Below are positions 40,885 to 49,038 of a DNA stretch of 64,000 bases, piece after piece. This DNA comes from Candidatus Latescibacterota bacterium (GTDB lineage Bacteria > Latescibacterota > UBA2968 > GCA-2709665): positions 3,360,001 through 3,424,000 of the forward strand of contig OZ244744.1 in NCBI GenBank assembly GCA_965219455.1, written 5' to 3'. A program made the translations under genes and the position numbers. The notes under the pieces are model-generated. The model was not told the DNA's origin. It was given only the letters and a program-made list of their open reading frames with translations, and searched no databases. The number at the start of each line of letters is the position of its first letter. Positions within the stretch are counted from its first letter, which is position 1.

Positions 40885-42270
40885 ATGCCGGAATCCGTGT
40901 ACCAGGGAACGCTCCTGCCTGAACTTCCTGCGCTCGACGACGTCCGGTCCGTCCTGCCCGACTACCGCGCCATGCTGCTCGCGGTGATGGCCGCCATCGC
41001 CGATCGGTACGATCGCAATCCCGACTACCCCTTCATCGACACCAAGCTGGATCTCATTACCGGAGAGGACTTCGCCGCGGACGATCCCCTGAAGGGCCCG
41101 AACGCGGTCTATGGCTGGATTCAGGGGCGCGGTCTCGAATCCCTGGCCGGTCACTGCCTCTGGATGCGTCGCCACAACCTGGAGGCGGATCTCCGGCGCC
41201 GCCTGGAACGCATCGCGGCCGACGTGCTCGCGAAGCTGCTTGAAATCCGCGCCCGAAACGCCGGCCGCCTTGCCTTTTTCATGTCCCCGCAGGGGAACCC
41301 GTTCACACTTGACGAGGAAGGCAAGACCCGGCCGTTGACGCTCACGAAGAAATCGAGCTACGGATTCAGCGACCTGTTCAGCGCCAAGGGCATGGTTGCG
41401 GCGGCACGATACCTTGCGTTGCGGGATGCCGAAACCGAAGCCATGGACTACTGCCGCCGCGTGGACGCAGCCATTCACGAGGGCCGTTTCACCACCGACC
41501 AGATTTCGCTGGATCCCAGGAATCCCGCGGGACCCCGACCGGGCCGCCACCCCCATGGAGCATTCATGATTCAGATCGGCGCCGCGGCCCTGTTGGCAGA
41601 ATACGGCATTCCCGAAAGCGTGGAGATGGGTCTGCGCCTCATCCGTCACGAATTGGAGACCTACGTCAACCTGAACGGGCGGGTGTCCGGACTCCCGGAG
41701 TACGACTTCTGGGAAGCCGTGGACGACGACGGCCGGCCCTACGAGGAGAACGGAAATATTCTCTCCGATCCGGGCCACGTCCTCGAATTTATCGGCCTGA
41801 CGCTGAAATTCATCTCGGCCGTCAGGGAAAAAGCGCTGGCAGGTACCGAACAACGGAAGGAAATCGCCGGCGTCGAAGCCCATATGCCCGCTCTGCTCGA
41901 ACATACCTTTGCCGGGGGTTTCCAACCCGGCCCCGGCGGCATCTGCAAGGTATTCGACCTGGTCTCCCGCACGCCCTCCAATACCGACATGCCGTGGTGG
42001 AACCTCCCCGAGACGTTACGCGCCGCCGCGTATTGCGTTTCGATAGCCCGTTCCGCCGCACACCGGCAGAAAGCCCTTGGCATATTCAGCGCCTGCCACA
42101 ACGCTTTTACACGGCACTTTGTCCGCCCGGACCTCCATTTGATGGCGTATCAGACCCGCGCTGAGACCGGGCGGGTCATACCGGTCATTCCCGCCACCGC
42201 GGATGCCGATCCCGGATACCACACCGGTCTGAGCATCATCGACGTGCTCGAAGTCTTCGAAAACGCGTAA
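40885..42270 (+). CDS. AGE-family (N-acylglucosamine 2-epimerase-like) protein
   Basis: YGWIQGR, DPGHVLE, WWNLPE, DPGYH match AGE (alpha/alpha)6 motifs. Confidence 0.65.
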   Translation: MPESVYQGTLLPELPALDDVRSVLPDYRAMLLAVMAAIADRYDRNPDYPFIDTKLDLITGEDFAADDPLKGPNAVYGWIQGRGLESLAGHCLWMRRHNLEADLRRRLERIAADVLAKLLEIRARNAGRLAFFMSPQGNPFTLDEEGKTRPLTLTKKSSYGFSDLFSAKGMVAAARYLALRDAETEAMDYCRRVDAAIHEGRFTTDQISLDPRNPAGPRPGRHPHGAFMIQIGAAALLAEYGIPESVEMGLRLIRHELETYVNLNGRVSGLPEYDFWEAVDDDGRPYEENGNILSDPGHVLEFIGLTLKFISAVREKALAGTEQRKEIAGVEAHMPALLEHTFAGGFQPGPGGICKVFDLVSRTPSNTDMPWWNLPETLRAAAYCVSIARSAAHRQKALGIFSACHNAFTRHFVRPDLHLMAYQTRAETGRVIPVIPATADADPGYHTGLSIIDVLEVFENA

Positions 42271-42293
42271 CCGTCCGTGTGTTTCAGGTAGCC

Positions 42294-42956
42294 ATGCGCC
42301 TCGAGATCAAAAAACTTTCACTCCGGTACGGCACAAAAAAACCGCTGTTTCAACGGGTGGACCTTACCGTTGACAGCGGTGATTTCATCCTTATCCACGG
42401 CCCGTCGGGAAGCGGCAAATCCAGCCTTCTCCGGCTGCCCAACCGGCTACAGGAACCGTCCTCGGGCGACATCATCCTGGACGGCATACCGGTGGCGCTC
42501 CATAACGTCACCGAACTGCGGAGAACGGTCGGTTACGTCCAGCAAACGCCAGCAATGGTCGGCGGGGCCGTGCGTAACAACCTGACCCTGTCGTTCGCGT
42601 TCAAAGCCGGACGGGACAGGCAATTGCCGGACGATGACCGGCTCCGAGTCCTTCTGGACGATTTCCTGCTTCAGGACATGGACCTCGACGACGACGCGGA
42701 AACCCTTTCCGTGGGCCAGAAACAGCGGATAGCCCTCATCCGTACGCTGCTGTCCGAACCCCGCTTCCTCCTCTGCGACGAACCCACCTCCGCCCTCGAT
42801 CCCGAGTCCAAATCCGTCGTCGAAACCTGGCTGGAACGCCTCGCGCTGGAACAGAACATCGGCATTGTCCAGGTCACGCATGGGGACTTCACGCCAGATC
42901 GGGTCAGCCCCCGGCGCTACCGGCTCGACGGCGATCTTCAGGAGGTCTCCGCTTGA
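42294..42956 (+). CDS. fetA: ABC ATP-binding protein, FetA/YbbL-like
   Basis: GPSGSGKS, LSVGQKQR, DEPTSALD; coupled to FetB-like permease. Confidence 0.75.
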   Translation: MRLEIKKLSLRYGTKKPLFQRVDLTVDSGDFILIHGPSGSGKSSLLRLPNRLQEPSSGDIILDGIPVALHNVTELRRTVGYVQQTPAMVGGAVRNNLTLSFAFKAGRDRQLPDDDRLRVLLDDFLLQDMDLDDDAETLSVGQKQRIALIRTLLSEPRFLLCDEPTSALDPESKSVVETWLERLALEQNIGIVQVTHGDFTPDRVSPRRYRLDGDLQEVSA

Positions 42957-43726
42957 ACCTGATCGAGATCTCTCCCCTTCAGTTGCTCCTGTGTCTCGTC
43001 TTTGTCCTTATCGCGGGCACCGGCTCGGTTATCTTCCGCCTCAAACTGGAAAAGGACCTCGCGTGGGGCACGGTGCGCACCTTCGCGCAACTCTTCCTGG
43101 TCGGCTACGTTCTGAAGTACATCTTCCAGATCAACAACCCGTACCTGATTCTCATCCTCTTCATCTGGATGGTCTTCTGGGCCGCCCACGCCATCCGCGG
43201 CCGGGTAAAGGAAAAGAAGGTCGCCTACTTCCTACCCACGTTCATTTCCATGGTCGCCAGTTACACCATAGTGTCCATCCTGGTCACCGCCGTAGTCGTC
43301 CAGGTCAAACCCTGGTACACCCCGCAGTATTTCATTCCCCTGGGCGGAATGATTATCGGCAATTCCATGAACGCCGTCACAATCGCCCTGGAACGACTCT
43401 TCGCCGACCTGCGCAAACAGCGAGACCAGATCGAACTCGCCCTGTGCCTGGGCGCCACCTACCAGGAGGCCACCGCCATCATTCTGCGCGACGTGGTGAA
43501 AGCCGGTATGATTCCATCCATCAACGCCCTCATGACCGTTGGCCTCGTCTCTCTTCCCGGTATGATGACCGGACAGATTCTGGCCGGCTCGGATCCGATG
43601 ACCGCTATCAAATATCAGATTATCGTGATGCTGATGATTGTCGCCGCCACCGCCATTGGCTCCATCGTCGTCGTACACGTCGTCCGCCGCCGATGCTTCA
43701 CGCGGGCGCATCAACTGGCCATATAA
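42953..43726 (+). CDS. fetB: Iron export ABC permease FetB/YbbM (UPF0014)
   Basis: RTFAQLFLVGYVL, FIPLGGMIIGNSM, GLVSLPGMMTGQILAG, YQI. Confidence 0.9.
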   Translation: MNLIEISPLQLLLCLVFVLIAGTGSVIFRLKLEKDLAWGTVRTFAQLFLVGYVLKYIFQINNPYLILILFIWMVFWAAHAIRGRVKEKKVAYFLPTFISMVASYTIVSILVTAVVVQVKPWYTPQYFIPLGGMIIGNSMNAVTIALERLFADLRKQRDQIELALCLGATYQEATAIILRDVVKAGMIPSINALMTVGLVSLPGMMTGQILAGSDPMTAIKYQIIVMLMIVAATAIGSIVVVHVVRRRCFTRAHQLAI

Positions 43727-43731
43727 GCTGC

Positions 43732-44517
43732 CTAAACCGTCTCCCCGGAACCACCGTCCAGATTAATTGCCGCGCCCGTGATGAACGCGCCCCGGTCGGA
43801 GACCAGAAACGCGACCAGATCGGCCACCTCACCGGGTTCGCCCATCCGCCCCAGCGGGACGTCCTTACCGAGTTCATCGCACCAGGCTTCGTAATCCAGA
43901 TCCCTGCCGGACGCCTTCCACGCCCGCTCCGCCTGCGCGGACCTGATATTGGTCAGACAGACCGTGTTCACCCGAATCCGGTGCTGAGCCAGATCCTTGG
44001 ACATCGCCTTGCTCAGCGCGATACCCGCGGCCCGGCTCACCGACGTGGGCACCGAATCCGGTCCCGGCGCCTTGCCGCCCGGGTGCGTGATATTCACAAT
44101 GCTGCCCCCGCCCCGGGCCTTCATATGGGGAACAGCCATCCTTGAACCCCGAACCGCGGCCCAGAATTTCAAATCGAAATCCTCCTGCCACATGGCTTCA
44201 GTCGCATTCTCGAAGTAATGGGCCGCGGAACGACCCGCGTTGTTCACCAGAATATCAATACCGCCGAATTCGGACACCGCTTCGTTCACGAACCGCTCCA
44301 CGTCCGCGGCGAGCGTGACGTCGGCCGCCACCGCAAGCACCCGGGCGCCCGCTTCCGAGCTGATGGCTTCCGCCGCGTCTGCCAGAACGTCCTGCCGCCG
44401 CGCGCACATCGCAACCCTGCACCCCTCCGCGGCCAACTTCCGGGCGATCCCGTTTCCAATGCCCTCGCTGCCCCCTGTCACCAGCGCCACCTTCCCCGAC
44501 AGATTCAACTCCAGCAT
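43732..44517 (-). CDS. Short-chain dehydrogenase/reductase
   Basis: TGGSEGIG, ILVNNAG, DGG terminal motif; atypical catalytic SxxR in place of YxxxK; AAGGAGG RBS. Confidence 0.9.
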   Translation of the reverse strand: MLELNLSGKVALVTGGSEGIGNGIARKLAAEGCRVAMCARRQDVLADAAEAISSEAGARVLAVAADVTLAADVERFVNEAVSEFGGIDILVNNAGRSAAHYFENATEAMWQEDFDLKFWAAVRGSRMAVPHMKARGGGSIVNITHPGGKAPGPDSVPTSVSRAAGIALSKAMSKDLAQHRIRVNTVCLTNIRSAQAERAWKASGRDLDYEAWCDELGKDVPLGRMGEPGEVADLVAFLVSDRGAFITGAAINLDGGSGETV

Positions 44518-44730
44518 TTCAGTCCCTCCTTGTGTACCGTCCCGGAAATATGTCACCATTCTTCCGCCTGCCTCGCATGCTTCAGCAGGCAGGCCGGTTC
44601 ATCCCGTCTCGCTACGTTCCCCTCGCTCGCCGACCTTGCCTTCGGAGACAGGACGCAATCGTGGTCGAGCCCATACGACGTCAAACGGGCTTTCCGCGTC
44701 TCCCCTGGTGATGTTTTCAGCCCCTGACTA

Positions 44731-45369
44731 TCAACCTGCGGCCCAGCGCACGCCCTGGCAGAGCATCGCCTGCACCGGCGGCCTGGCGAACGTCCCCGGG
44801 CCGTGGCCAAGCGCCGTGTAGAATACCCGTCCCGATCCGTACGCTTTCACCCACGCAACCGGAAACGTCCCACCATGCCATTGCGCGGACGCGAGAATCC
44901 GCAATTGAGGTTCGTACGCCGAAATATAGATTTCGTCGTCCACCTCAAAGTCCTCGATGCCTTCCATCACGGGGTGGCCCGCATCTTCCACCTTTACGGT
45001 GAACGTCAGCCCGGGCGGGTGCCAATTGGCATGCCCGCCCAGCATGTCCACCGCCCGGCCGCCGATCCACCATCCCGATCCGTGAACCCCCACCAGGCCT
45101 TTGCCTCCCGTTACGAACCCGAAGAGGCCATCCTCCTGGGCGCGCGTCAGGTCCGATTCACGGGCAATCGAACCGTCCTCCCGTTTTACGGTGCGGGTGA
45201 ACCCCGTTCCGAAAACGCAAACATCATAATGGTTCATCCCCGACGCCAGCAGGTCCTTGTCCGCGCTCAGGTTCACCGACAGATCGGGCTGTGCGTCCAG
45301 AAACCCGCGGATCATCCCGGCGCTCTGATCAAATCCGTGATTCGCACCCGACAGGATCAACACGTTCAT
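44731..45369 (-). CDS. ThuA-like domain protein
   Basis: GKGLVGVH, HPP, DEIY, AWVKAYGSGRVFYTALGH. Confidence 0.88.
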   Translation of the reverse strand: MNVLILSGANHGFDQSAGMIRGFLDAQPDLSVNLSADKDLLASGMNHYDVCVFGTGFTRTVKREDGSIARESDLTRAQEDGLFGFVTGGKGLVGVHGSGWWIGGRAVDMLGGHANWHPPGLTFTVKVEDAGHPVMEGIEDFEVDDEIYISAYEPQLRILASAQWHGGTFPVAWVKAYGSGRVFYTALGHGPGTFARPPVQAMLCQGVRWAAG

Positions 45370-45986
45370 CGCAATGCCTCCTCTGGAAAACCGTTGCCCT
45401 TCGAATACCGTGGCCGCGTGCGGCCCCGTCTTTTATCCGGTGGCGCCGGTCGTACGTTAAGGTTTCCGTCGTCTCCGGCCTTCGACGGCGGTTCTTGATC
45501 GGATCGCCGCGGGCGGCCGCCGCGCCATCGCGACTGTGCACCCACGCCTCGTGGCGTTCACCGTCAACGGAACTTGTCGAATTCCTTATCTAATTGATTT
45601 TATTCATCTTCAAACCTGCTTCCGCAGGGCGGAACCAAACATGCGGCCCGGGAGGAACGAAGTCAACGGTTTTTCGCGGCGTCGGGCGCGGCGGAACGCG
45701 CCTCTTGATTCGGGTTCTCTTATCCACTAAATTCTACGGGGCGGCGCTTCCGCTCCCCGGCGCAGGAAACCCGACAGCCCTTTGCGCGATTCGACTTCCG
45801 GCCGCGTCCGCAACCTGGCGTTCAGTGGAACCCGACGCCACGACGACGGCGAGATTCAGGATTGGCACGCCTCGGCGGCCCTTCGGGGAACGCAGGCGCG
45901 CATCGCGCTATACGAGAGAGAACAGGTGACCGACTGTCTCACGCGTTTTGTCGACGCCGGTTCTCTTCCCCAATTGGAGCGGCGTT

Positions 45987-47006
45987 ATGGCCGCCGTGCC
46001 GCTTAGCGAATCCATCCTGAACCACATGGTCTCCTGGACCACGGCGGACTGGCCGCCGGATTGGGGGGCGATCTTCGGCCGCTCCGGTCTCCTTGTCGTG
46101 GAAATCGGCTTCGGCACCGGCGAGTTTCTGGTGGATCGGGCCCGTGCGAATCCGGACATGAATTTCGTAGGCGTCGAACGATCATGGGTGTCCGTTCAGA
46201 GGCTGTTCAGGCGGTTGGGCCGGGGCGGTCCAACGAACGTGCGGGTGGTTCATGGCGGGGCGGATTTTGTGTTCGAGCGCCTCTTTTCGGTGGATAGCGT
46301 CGCACAGGTTTATATCAACTTTCCGGATCCCTGGCCCAAGGAGCGGCATCGCGGCAGGCGGCTGATCCAGCCGGAATTCGTCGGGGCGCTGGCCGAGCGG
46401 CTGGCGCCGGGCGGCACGGTGACCGTGGCGACGGACCACGGGGGATACGCGTCGTGGATTTCAGATGTGCTGGAAGCACAGCCGCTTCTGCGATCCGGCT
46501 TCACGTCCGCGTCGGTGCCGGGGTTGCCCGGGCGGAAGCCCACCAAGTACGAACGGAAGGCACTGGACGCCGGCGTGCCCGTCCGTTATTTCGTCTGGCG
46601 ACGGGATCTCCGCGTCTCCCTCCCGAAACCCGTTGAAAAGGTCGGACCGATGCCGAATATGTTGCTGGAAGGGAAGTACGACCGCACTCGAATGACTGCG
46701 GGTTTTGAGCCCTTTTCGTGGCGGACGGACCACCGCGGGGTGACGGTGGTGATCAAGCTCGTGGACATGTACACCGACCGAAACGGGGACTATCTGGTGG
46801 AAACGATGGTGAAGGAGGGCGCATTCTCCCAGCACTTTGGCGTTCTGGTCCTGGCCCGACCAGGAAACCGGGTGCTGGTAAAATTGTCTCCTATCGGGCA
46901 GCCGCGGCCCACATGGGGGGTGAAGCAGGCGGTGGGAAGGGTGGGACAGATGGTCCTGGCGCAGTGTCCCGGGCTCCACGTGGCGGAAAGCGCAGTGGGT
47001 CGATAG
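45987..47006 (+). CDS. trmB: tRNA (guanine-N7)-methyltransferase with C-terminal extension
   Basis: VEIGFGTG, FVGVE, NFPDPWPKERH, ATDH, TKYERK. Confidence 0.92.
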   Translation: MAAVPLSESILNHMVSWTTADWPPDWGAIFGRSGLLVVEIGFGTGEFLVDRARANPDMNFVGVERSWVSVQRLFRRLGRGGPTNVRVVHGGADFVFERLFSVDSVAQVYINFPDPWPKERHRGRRLIQPEFVGALAERLAPGGTVTVATDHGGYASWISDVLEAQPLLRSGFTSASVPGLPGRKPTKYERKALDAGVPVRYFVWRRDLRVSLPKPVEKVGPMPNMLLEGKYDRTRMTAGFEPFSWRTDHRGVTVVIKLVDMYTDRNGDYLVETMVKEGAFSQHFGVLVLARPGNRVLVKLSPIGQPRPTWGVKQAVGRVGQMVLAQCPGLHVAESAVGR

Positions 47007-47068
47007 GCGCCGCGCCGGCGGGCACATCGGTGTTCGCGGCCTGCGGGCGCGCCGGCGAGACGCTTCGC

Positions 47069-48127
47069 CTATGCAAAGATGATTTGCGCGTTGTCATCCA
47101 GCGGGCTCACGGATCCGATAATGCGCGCGCGGCCCTCGCCGGTGTCGTGCAGCGCGGCCAGAAGACTGTGGCCCTGATCGGGAGGGACCGAGACCAGGAG
47201 GCCGCCGCTGGTCTGGGGATCGACGAATATCTCTTCGTGTCGTTCAGGCAGGGCCGCGTCGAAACGGGCTGCGTCTCGAATGAGTTCCCGGTTGGCGGCA
47301 TTGACGCCGGTGCCCACCCCTCTTTCGTACATGTCCAGGGCCTCTGACATCACGGGGACGTCGGCGCAGGAGATCTCCAGGGTGCAGCCGGAAGCCCTGG
47401 CGATTTCCAGGGCGTGGCCTGCCAGGCCGAAGCCGGTGACGTCGGTGGCGGCGTGTATGTCAAACCCGGCCATGACGTCTGCCGCGTTTTTGTTGAGGGC
47501 GGCTGTGGTGTTCAGGCACTCCTCCAGCGCCGCGTCCGAGACCCATCCTTTGAGGTTGGCGTTGAACAGCACGCCGCTGCCGATGGGTTTGGTCAGGATG
47601 AGCAGATCGCCCGGACGGGCCCCGGCGTTGTGCCAGTATTTTTCGGGGTGCACGACCCCGGTTACGGACAGGCCGAATTTGGGTTCCTCGTCGTCGGTGG
47701 TGTGCCCGCCCGCCAGGACGGCCCCGGCCTCAGTGATTTTGTTAAGGGCGCCTTCGACGATGCCCTCCAGGACCTCCGATCCGAGCTGCCGGGATGGAAA
47801 TCCGATAAGGTTCAGGCACGCGATGGGCCGTCCGCCCATGGCGTAGACGTCGCTGAGGGCGTTGGCCGCGCCAATTTGACCGAAGACGTACGGATCGTCC
47901 ACCGGCGGCGTGATGAAGTCCGCCGTGAGTACGAGGGCGGTCTCATCGTCCATTCTGTAGACGCCGGCGTCGTCGCTGGACTGAAATCCCACCATCAGGT
48001 TCGGATCGACGTTTTTAGGCAGGCGGTCCAGGAGTTTCTTGAGTCCGACCGGACTGACTTTGGCCGCTCACCCGCAGGTCCGCGCCAGGCCCGTGAGGGT
48101 ATGTTTTTTTCTGAAGAAAGAGAACAA
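47069..48127 (-). CDS. selD: Selenide, water dikinase SelD, selenoprotein (Sec20)
   Basis: AGGAGG RBS, TTG start 48127, MFSFFRKKHTLTGLARTCG-U(TGA 48068-48070)-AAKVSP... in frame with DDAGVY, DFITP, ANALSDVYAMGG, TDVTGFGL, DPQTSGGLL. Confidence 0.95.
48042..48055 (-). promoter_or_regulatory. Bacterial SECIS hairpin of selD
   Basis: mRNA AGUCC-GGUC-GGACU; G-first apical loop 17 nt after the UGA. Confidence 0.75.
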
Positions 48128-48254
48128 CGGGACGCCTCCTGAAGTTGACGCGCATCTCGCTCGGTGCTGAAATAGATACGGGAAAACGACCCCGATCGCA
48201 ACCCCAATCCATCGGCGCCGGCGATTCTTCGCGCTTTTCCGAGGTTCGGTCTTG

Positions 48255-48971
48255 ATGAACGGTGAATTCGACATGGCGCCTGGGCTCTCGTTTGAAAGGG
48301 TTACCAAAGCTTACGATGCAGGCAGCGGCGTGCGATATGCACTGCGCGACGTGTCTTTTGTCGTCGACGCGGGCCGAAGGGTGGCGGTGGTGGGGCGCAG
48401 CGGAAGCGGAAAGTCCACCCTGTTGCATCTGGCGGCGGGCATCGACGTCCCCACCGCCGGGGTGGTGAGGGTGGGCCAACGGGACCTGGGCGCGCTGTCG
48501 GAAGAAGCGCGAACGATGCTGAGACGGGACGAGGTCGGGCTCATTTTTCAATTTTTCTATCTGATGCCGCACCTGCCGGTTGCGGATAACGTCGCGCTGC
48601 CGGCGATGATCGCGGGGGAGAAGCCGCGGATTTATCGCCCGCGGGTCCGGGAGTTGCTGGAGCGCGTGGAACTGGCCGATCGTGCGGGGGATCCGGTGCA
48701 GAAGCTGTCGGGCGGCGAACAGCAGCGGGTGGCAATATGCCGGGCGCTATTGCGCCGGCCCGGTTTGTTGCTGGCGGATGAACCGACGGGTAACCTGGAC
48801 GACGAGAACGGGCGGCGGGTGATGAACCTGATGATGGACCTGGTTGAGAATGAGGGGGCGACGCTGGTATATGTGACCCACAGCCGGGAATTCGCCTCGT
48901 TGGCCGACGAGGTCTGGGAACTGCACAGCGGAGAGATGAGCCTTCCGCCCGTGCCTGACGCCCGCGCGTGA
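48255..48971 (+). CDS. ABC ATP-binding protein (LolD/MacB-type)
   Basis: GRSGSGKST, LSGGEQQR, ADEPTGNLD, VTH. Confidence 0.93.
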   Translation: MNGEFDMAPGLSFERVTKAYDAGSGVRYALRDVSFVVDAGRRVAVVGRSGSGKSTLLHLAAGIDVPTAGVVRVGQRDLGALSEEARTMLRRDEVGLIFQFFYLMPHLPVADNVALPAMIAGEKPRIYRPRVRELLERVELADRAGDPVQKLSGGEQQRVAICRALLRRPGLLLADEPTGNLDDENGRRVMNLMMDLVENEGATLVYVTHSREFASLADEVWELHSGEMSLPPVPDARA

Positions 48972-49038
48972 CCCGCTCCGGGCCGCGGGAGTCGGGTACG
49001 GCGGCCATTTTTTTCCACAGGAGATCGGGGCAGGTCTT

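Noticed and set aside
40066-41925. 619-aa minus-strand ORF
   Set aside because: Antisense shadow across two plus-strand genes that have clear motifs.
45600-45640. tRNA-Sec suggested by CTTCAAA near selD
   Set aside because: No anticodon stem, T-arm or acceptor stem can be formed around it.
45738-45900. tmRNA, 6S RNA, SAM or c-di-AMP riboswitch
   Set aside because: Only isolated short motifs match (GATTCGAC, CCCGACAGC); required flanking elements are absent, so it is kept only as an unassigned candidate.
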